DNA from: an uncultured virus (IMG/VR IMGVR_UViG_3300010296_000006)
Taxonomy: Duplodnaviria > Heunggongvirae > Uroviricota > Caudoviricetes
Strand: one strand, 5' to 3'
Virus record (IMG/VR): IMGVR_UViG_3300010296_000006
DNA: 64,000 nt
Within the stretch, counting starts at the first letter, position 1; the number at the start of each line of letters is the position of its first letter. The position numbers and the translations under genes are program-made. The notes below the pieces were generated by a model. It worked only from the letters and a program-made list of their open reading frames with translations. It was not told the origin of the DNA and did not search any database. This document shows, piece after piece, positions 58,764-64,000 of this stretch.

Positions 58764-60608
58764 TTAAACGCTGGAAACTAAATCAGTGTCAAACTGCCAT
58801 TGCTGCGATCCGTTAACAACAAAACGTTTTAAACTTCGAACAACAGTTAATGTAATACCTTGATTGTTCTGTGCAGTGAAAGCAATGTCTTGTAAAACAC
58901 TTTGGTTTTCTGTACCGTTTTTGTCAACAGTAACGAAACTTTTAGACAATCCATCAGTAGCATCATAGTTGTATGTTCCTGTTTGTGTAGTGCCATGTAC
59001 TCTACAATATACTCCTGGATTTTTTGTAATAGCAGGAAATAAATCTTCTATTACTAATGCAATATCACTGTTAGACAATCCTGTAATATCTAATGCAAGT
59101 GCTTCGTCTCTATCTAGTGTTGCCGCATCTACATATCCTTTTGTTGCAGCAGTATTTGGATCGTCACTAACTTCTGGTGTCCCAACATTTAATATCTTAT
59201 TGTTATTTGTAAGTGTAATATCACCACCTACTGTTAATGTCATTGCAGTTGAAACTGTTAAAGTACTACTGTTTAAAGTAAAGTTGTCTACTGAAAGTTC
59301 AGTTAATGTGCCTATTTGTGTAAGTCCTAATGCATTTGTAACACTAGGTGCTAAAGCAGTTGCAGATAATACTTCATTTCCGCCTATTTTATAATGATAA
59401 CCAGCAGGAACATCAATATACGAATGTGGTGTCCAAGCATCAGTAGCAAACTTCCATGTCCATGACTTTGAATTACTTTCGTACCCTTCTGGGCCTCCTC
59501 TAATAACAAGCCCTGCATCGTCAATATCTGCACTGTCCGGATATGTGCTACTGTCGTCTGCAACTGCTAGTTCAATCTGATGGTCTTCTAACTGTAAAGT
59601 ATTTGTAGACAAATAAGTAGTTGGGCCTAAAACTGTAAGACTTCCCGAAACTCGCATATCACCTGTAAAATCAAAATCGGTGGTAGGAGCACTATTTTTA
59701 AAACCAATTCTATAAACATCATTATCAATAAAAATAACATCCGTTGGAGTTCCAGATCTTGTAACCTGTATTGCAAAATCATCAGTATTAGATGTAGAGC
59801 GTGCTACTACTTTTCCTGTTTCTGCTTTGAGTAATATTTCAAGGTTAGGACCTATTTTTAATCCTTCTACGTTAGTAACTTGTAATCTAGCACTTACTTC
59901 TTGCGTGGTTGTTCCAGCTTTTATTAAAAAATCATTTGGTGAATACAATGTACTACCATCATATAGGTTACTTGTACTGTTAGCATTACCATAGAAACTA
60001 AAGTCACTTTGAAGTTCTGTTGCAATAGTAATACCCGCTTTGACTACTAGAGAAAATCCTGTTAGTTTAGTTAAGTTATCGGTTGTAGTTGCAGCAGTAA
60101 ATGCTTCTCTGCTAATAAGCATAGCAGGTTGATTACCAATTTTGTATATTGTTACAGTTTTACGCTGCCCGTATCTATCAATCAATGTTACAGGTTGTAC
60201 TCCGGTATATCCTTGAGTGCTATTAAACTGAGGACCAGCTAAAATAACATCTACACCGTCGCTAAAATACATTTGTTGATTAACACTGTCAATCCATATA
60301 TCACCGGCTAACATCGAAGGCTGTGTTGCACTTACAACAGTTGTATCTGTATTTCTAAACTGTGTGCCATCGTATACTTTTAACCTGCCATCGCTTGTAT
60401 CGTACCAAATTTGTCCTCTCAACGGATTGTCAGGTTCTGCAGAGTTCGCAAAGTTTTCTAGTATTTTGACAAAGTTTTCATTCATTACCTCGCCATAACT
60501 TGTTGTATTTCTACCAATCAACGTTACGTCAATAGTTTCTGAATCAATCTTGCCATCTACAAGATCAACTAATAGTGTACCATCTGTTTTGTTTATTTTA
60601 TACGCCAT
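58764..60608 (-). CDS. Tail fibre-like protein
   Basis: Shared N-terminus (LIGRN...YGE..NENF..ILENFA...GQIWYD); AATKGYVD motif. Confidence 0.65.
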   Translation of the reverse strand: MAYKINKTDGTLLVDLVDGKIDSETIDVTLIGRNTTSYGEVMNENFVKILENFANSAEPDNPLRGQIWYDTSDGRLKVYDGTQFRNTDTTVVSATQPSMLAGDIWIDSVNQQMYFSDGVDVILAGPQFNSTQGYTGVQPVTLIDRYGQRKTVTIYKIGNQPAMLISREAFTAATTTDNLTKLTGFSLVVKAGITIATELQSDFSFYGNANSTSNLYDGSTLYSPNDFLIKAGTTTQEVSARLQVTNVEGLKIGPNLEILLKAETGKVVARSTSNTDDFAIQVTRSGTPTDVIFIDNDVYRIGFKNSAPTTDFDFTGDMRVSGSLTVLGPTTYLSTNTLQLEDHQIELAVADDSSTYPDSADIDDAGLVIRGGPEGYESNSKSWTWKFATDAWTPHSYIDVPAGYHYKIGGNEVLSATALAPSVTNALGLTQIGTLTELSVDNFTLNSSTLTVSTAMTLTVGGDITLTNNNKILNVGTPEVSDDPNTAATKGYVDAATLDRDEALALDITGLSNSDIALVIEDLFPAITKNPGVYCRVHGTTQTGTYNYDATDGLSKSFVTVDKNGTENQSVLQDIAFTAQNNQGITLTVVRSLKRFVVNGSQQWQFDTDLVSSV

Positions 60609-60620
60609 ATTTACTCCTGC

Positions 60621-62687
60621 TTATGTAGATGGTCCAATGTACATGATGTAGTTCATTACAACACTAGGGCTGGTTACGCTAAACTTTTCACCAACTTCTT
60701 GATTAATATTATCAATATTTTGTGTTGTAAATGACACTCCATCAACACCGCCTGTTTTATCTATTCCATATCCTGCTGTATTTCCTACAAGGTTATTTGC
60801 TGTTGCGCCTGTATCTGAACCGTCACCTGCATTTGTTAATGCTAGGTATTGATTTGATGCATCCCCTTCTAAACTGTGTTCATGATTTGGTAGGTTATCT
60901 TTTGTTATCCAATCTTCTTCTCTACCTGATGTAGTACCTAGTACACTGGTTGATCCCCATGTGTCTGATGGACTTGCTTTATCATATATACGATTTGTAT
61001 CAGTGTACGAAACATCATTAGGCACATAACCTAGCACATGTCTACCTCTTAAATCTGGTACTTTAAAATACAAGGTACTTGATGGAACACCATATAAGTC
61101 TCCAATCAACGAATATAAAGAAATATAGTTAGCTTTTACAAGTTCTTGTCCATGACACAATACCCAATCTGTTTGATCTACAGGTAATGTTTCGCCTGCG
61201 TATGGCATTATCATACCTAAAAAGAATGTAGGTACTGTGCCTACTAATACCGACTGTTTAACTCTACGTATGTCGGTACCTCTAGCAATCAAAATCTCAT
61301 CAGTACCTTCGATAGTGGTAGATAATGTTTGACCTGTGATAAAAGCATCGCTTACTGTTGTAACAAACTCTTTTATACTTGTACCGCTACCATCAAATGT
61401 AAACTCAGGTGCTGTAACATGACCTGACATTCTAAAAGTTGTAGGACTTGCAAGTTTACCAGCAGAAGCCGATGTACCTGAAATATTTCCAGTAACAGTA
61501 CCTGTTAGGTTTCCTACAAAGTTATTTGCATATACAGTATTATACTGTAATGTACTGGTGCCAAGGTTGTAACTTAGATTTGTTTTTGGTGTTAAGTTTT
61601 TTGCAACAATATTTTCAGCAACATCAAGATCGCCGCCTAGATACATGTTTTGACTTATACCTACGCCGCCTGAAACAACTAAACTACCAGTACTAAAACT
61701 TGTACTACCTAAACCTCCGTTAATATTAACATTTCCACTTACTACAGCATTTCCTGTTACATCTAACGCTTCTTGTGGGGCTTCGTTTGCAATACCTATT
61801 TTCCTGTCAGGTGTAACACGTATTGCGGTTTTTACTGTACCAGCATCGTTTATTTTAAAGTCTAGGTTACCGTCTGTCGCAGTATGCCTAATCTGTGCTG
61901 TACTTCCAGTAATACTTAAACGCAATAATCCATTTTCACCAATAGCCAATCCGGTATTGTCAATAATGTTTTGTGCTTTACTAAAGTTATTGGTTACATC
62001 TTTTCTAGCAAAAGTTGACGCTGCAATATTTGTGTTAGAAATAACTAAGTTTTCTGCAGAAGTTGCTGTACCATATAACTTTGCATCGCTTGCTAGAGTA
62101 ATACCCTTTTTTAACACAGTTGCTACTGAGAATCCAGTTTCTGCTTTTTTAAGAGAAAACTCAGTTTGTGCAGTTATACTAACCGGAACATTATTTACTC
62201 TATCTATTATAACATTTTCAGTGGTATTTGTGCTGTTTATTACTTCTTCAAATCTTGATCCGGTACTAGCACCTTCACTATAATCTGGTCCAACTAAAAT
62301 ATATCCACTTCCTGTATAAACATAAACTTGACTATTTGCAGTATCTACCCAAATATCACCAATTGTACTTGCACTTGCTTGAGGTTCACTTGCTGCTTTT
62401 TTTAATCCGCTTGCACTTACCCATTGCGAACCATCATAAACTTTAAGTTGGTCTACTCCAGTTGTATTATCGTACCATAACTGTCCTTCAACTGGATTAG
62501 ACGGACTTGTTGCAGAGGCAAAGTTTTCTAACATTTGAAGAAGATTTGTGTTTAATAGTTCACCAAAATCATTATAGTTTCTACCTATTAAAGTAATACT
62601 GGTTTCACTGCTATTTGTAGCACCATCATCAACAGTTATAGCGCCTTTATTTGTAAAGTCTGTAAATCTTACTTCATAACCTGCCAT
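60621..62687 (-). CDS. Tail fibre protein with phage tail-collar domain
   Basis: Shared N-terminus; GMIMPYAG...WVLCHGQ...LYSLIGDLYG...FKVPDLRGR collar motif; ends MNYIMY. Confidence 0.8.
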   Translation of the reverse strand: MAGYEVRFTDFTNKGAITVDDGATNSSETSITLIGRNYNDFGELLNTNLLQMLENFASATSPSNPVEGQLWYDNTTGVDQLKVYDGSQWVSASGLKKAASEPQASASTIGDIWVDTANSQVYVYTGSGYILVGPDYSEGASTGSRFEEVINSTNTTENVIIDRVNNVPVSITAQTEFSLKKAETGFSVATVLKKGITLASDAKLYGTATSAENLVISNTNIAASTFARKDVTNNFSKAQNIIDNTGLAIGENGLLRLSITGSTAQIRHTATDGNLDFKINDAGTVKTAIRVTPDRKIGIANEAPQEALDVTGNAVVSGNVNINGGLGSTSFSTGSLVVSGGVGISQNMYLGGDLDVAENIVAKNLTPKTNLSYNLGTSTLQYNTVYANNFVGNLTGTVTGNISGTSASAGKLASPTTFRMSGHVTAPEFTFDGSGTSIKEFVTTVSDAFITGQTLSTTIEGTDEILIARGTDIRRVKQSVLVGTVPTFFLGMIMPYAGETLPVDQTDWVLCHGQELVKANYISLYSLIGDLYGVPSSTLYFKVPDLRGRHVLGYVPNDVSYTDTNRIYDKASPSDTWGSTSVLGTTSGREEDWITKDNLPNHEHSLEGDASNQYLALTNAGDGSDTGATANNLVGNTAGYGIDKTGGVDGVSFTTQNIDNINQEVGEKFSVTSPSVVMNYIMYIGPST

Positions 62688-62689
62688 TT

Positions 62690-63301
62690 TTACCCCTCAC
62701 TAAATCCGCTTAAACTTTGCACTCTTACAGTGTAATCTATTTGAATAAGTCTATTCAAACTTTTTTGTACAGGGTGAAAAATAACATGAGTGATTAATCT
62801 ACCAGTTCCGCTTGTGCTATAACTTTTTAATCCTAACTCATCAAAAACATATATTCCATCTTGGTTAGCAGAAGTATCAAATGCATCTTGTCCTTCAGGC
62901 TCTCCGTAATCTAATAAACATGTTACTAAAATGTCAGTATAGTTAGTACCAGATACGTGTCTAATTTCTGTTTTATTTCTAGTTGGATCGGTATTGTTAA
63001 CACTTCTGTCATCTACAACTTTATCAAATGTTTGATTATACAAAGTTGCATTTGTTCCAGTGCTGTTAGGAGTCAAATAAGTAATGATACCAGTTGGATC
63101 AACACTTGTACCGCCATTACCAAAACTCATACTATTAATAAAACCCTGTCCTTGATTGGCTAAACTTTCCGCTAATGCTATACTCATGTTTTCATAATGA
63201 ATAGCATTTCTTTTATTCACTAAAACATCGCCTGATATAGGATCATGAATTTTAATATGACCTTCAACGTGTATACCATTTAAATCTTTTAAATCTGTCA
63301 T
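62690..63301 (-). CDS. Conserved-looking virion/baseplate protein; start revised to ATG 63301
   Basis: GHIKIHDP...KRNAIHYENMS...FGNGG...THVIFHPVQKSLNR; TAAATA and AAGG upstream; lies among structural genes. Confidence 0.5.
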   Translation of the reverse strand: MTDLKDLNGIHVEGHIKIHDPISGDVLVNKRNAIHYENMSIALAESLANQGQGFINSMSFGNGGTSVDPTGIITYLTPNSTGTNATLYNQTFDKVVDDRSVNNTDPTRNKTEIRHVSGTNYTDILVTCLLDYGEPEGQDAFDTSANQDGIYVFDELGLKSYSTSGTGRLITHVIFHPVQKSLNRLIQIDYTVRVQSLSGFSEG

Positions 63302-63323
63302 TTGTTTGTACCTTATACTGTAT

Positions 63324-64000
63324 TTATTTAGGTAAGCTAATAGTTGCTCTACGGATGAATTTTGATATAGCATTATCCGAGTCACCTAAACTTTTTCCCG
63401 GATCATTCCATACTTTTCCTGTTTGTCTTACAATTTTTATTTCAGTTCCTTCTACAGGATCGTCTCTTAAATGTAAAACTGTTTCTTGTGTACTACCATC
63501 GCTGCTAATACGTGTTTCTAAACTAAAGTCAGGTTCAAGTATTGTATCACCTTCACTACTATCTAGCGCATTTGCAGGATTAAACACTGATAACTGAGTT
63601 TTAACTAACTTTTTACCAGCTACATATACATCTATTTCATTAATATCTGTTACAATATCATTTAAAATATGTTGAGTGCTATCTAGCGAAACTGCTTTAA
63701 TCGTTTGAACAATAGTTGTATCTTGGTAGTCGATTGTTTCGTTTGAACTTTGTCCATACATCCTGGTGCCTTCTTCATAAACATTTTTTACGCCGGTACC
63801 TAATGTGCCTCTTCTAAGTTGAGTAACTGTATTGTTTTTGATTTCAAAATATTCAACACGCTCACCTTCTATAAATAATACACCAGGTAGATTTTTAGAT
63901 CTATTAGGAATATATAAACCTTCGACACTTTCTAAATATATTGTATTATCATAGTAGTTTAAAGGACTTTGTAATACATAACTGTTTTCTTGATTTAAAC
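63324..64000 (-). CDS. C-terminal part of a large baseplate/structural protein; runs off the right edge
   Basis: Frame is open to the window end: LNQENSYVLQ...PGVLFIEGERVEY...QLRRGTLGTG...RMYGQS. Confidence 0.65.
   Translation of the reverse strand, partial: LNQENSYVLQSPLNYYDNTIYLESVEGLYIPNRSKNLPGVLFIEGERVEYFEIKNNTVTQLRRGTLGTGVKNVYEEGTRMYGQSSNETIDYQDTTIVQTIKAVSLDSTQHILNDIVTDINEIDVYVAGKKLVKTQLSVFNPANALDSSEGDTILEPDFSLETRISSDGSTQETVLHLRDDPVEGTEIKIVRQTGKVWNDPGKSLGDSDNAISKFIRRATISLPK

Noticed and set aside
1..64000. Giant eukaryotic virus or bacterial chromosome origin
   Set aside because: Tail-collar and fibre genes, sigma70 and T4-late-like motifs, SD sites and overlapping operons fit a bacteriophage. 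No cellular housekeeping genes were seen.
1..64000. Stop-codon recoding, tRNAs, rRNA, introns/inteins, IS elements
   Set aside because: Standard-code ORFs tile the window almost without gaps, leaving little room for RNA genes. No transposase, integrase, homing endonuclease or intein motifs were noticed.

Overview
This AT-rich, densely packed 64 kb window most likely comes from a large tailed bacteriophage (jumbo or T4-like myovirus type). The support is tail-fibre and tail-collar genes, sigma70-type TTGACA/TATAAT promoters and T4-late-like TAA(A/G)TA motifs. The right end (about 55-64 kb) holds structural genes: three fibre genes sharing an N-terminal module, two paralogous virion proteins and a truncated baseplate-like gene. 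Directly downstream lies a roughly 55 kb enzyme island. It encodes 20 radical SAM proteins in four paralog families (one truncated at the left edge and missed by the ORF track) and four QueC-like PP-loop ATPases. It also carries about 7 2OG-Fe(II)/cupin-like oxygenases, about 7 glycosyltransferase-like proteins (one with tandem degenerate GT repeats), 4 SGNH-like proteins and 4 methyltransferase-like proteins. Further members are 2 PLP enzymes, an amidinotransferase, an NDP-sugar epimerase, a nitroreductase fusion and 2 kinase-like proteins. The island looks built from recurring cassettes (N-terminal-twitch rSAM followed by C-terminal-SPASM rSAM), contains an orphan fibre-like gene, and many of its genes appear to be transcribed as leaderless mRNAs. 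My best inference is a phage-encoded hypermodification system for virion proteins or glycans; the substrate cannot be determined from sequence. All functional calls come from motif reading, not database searches.
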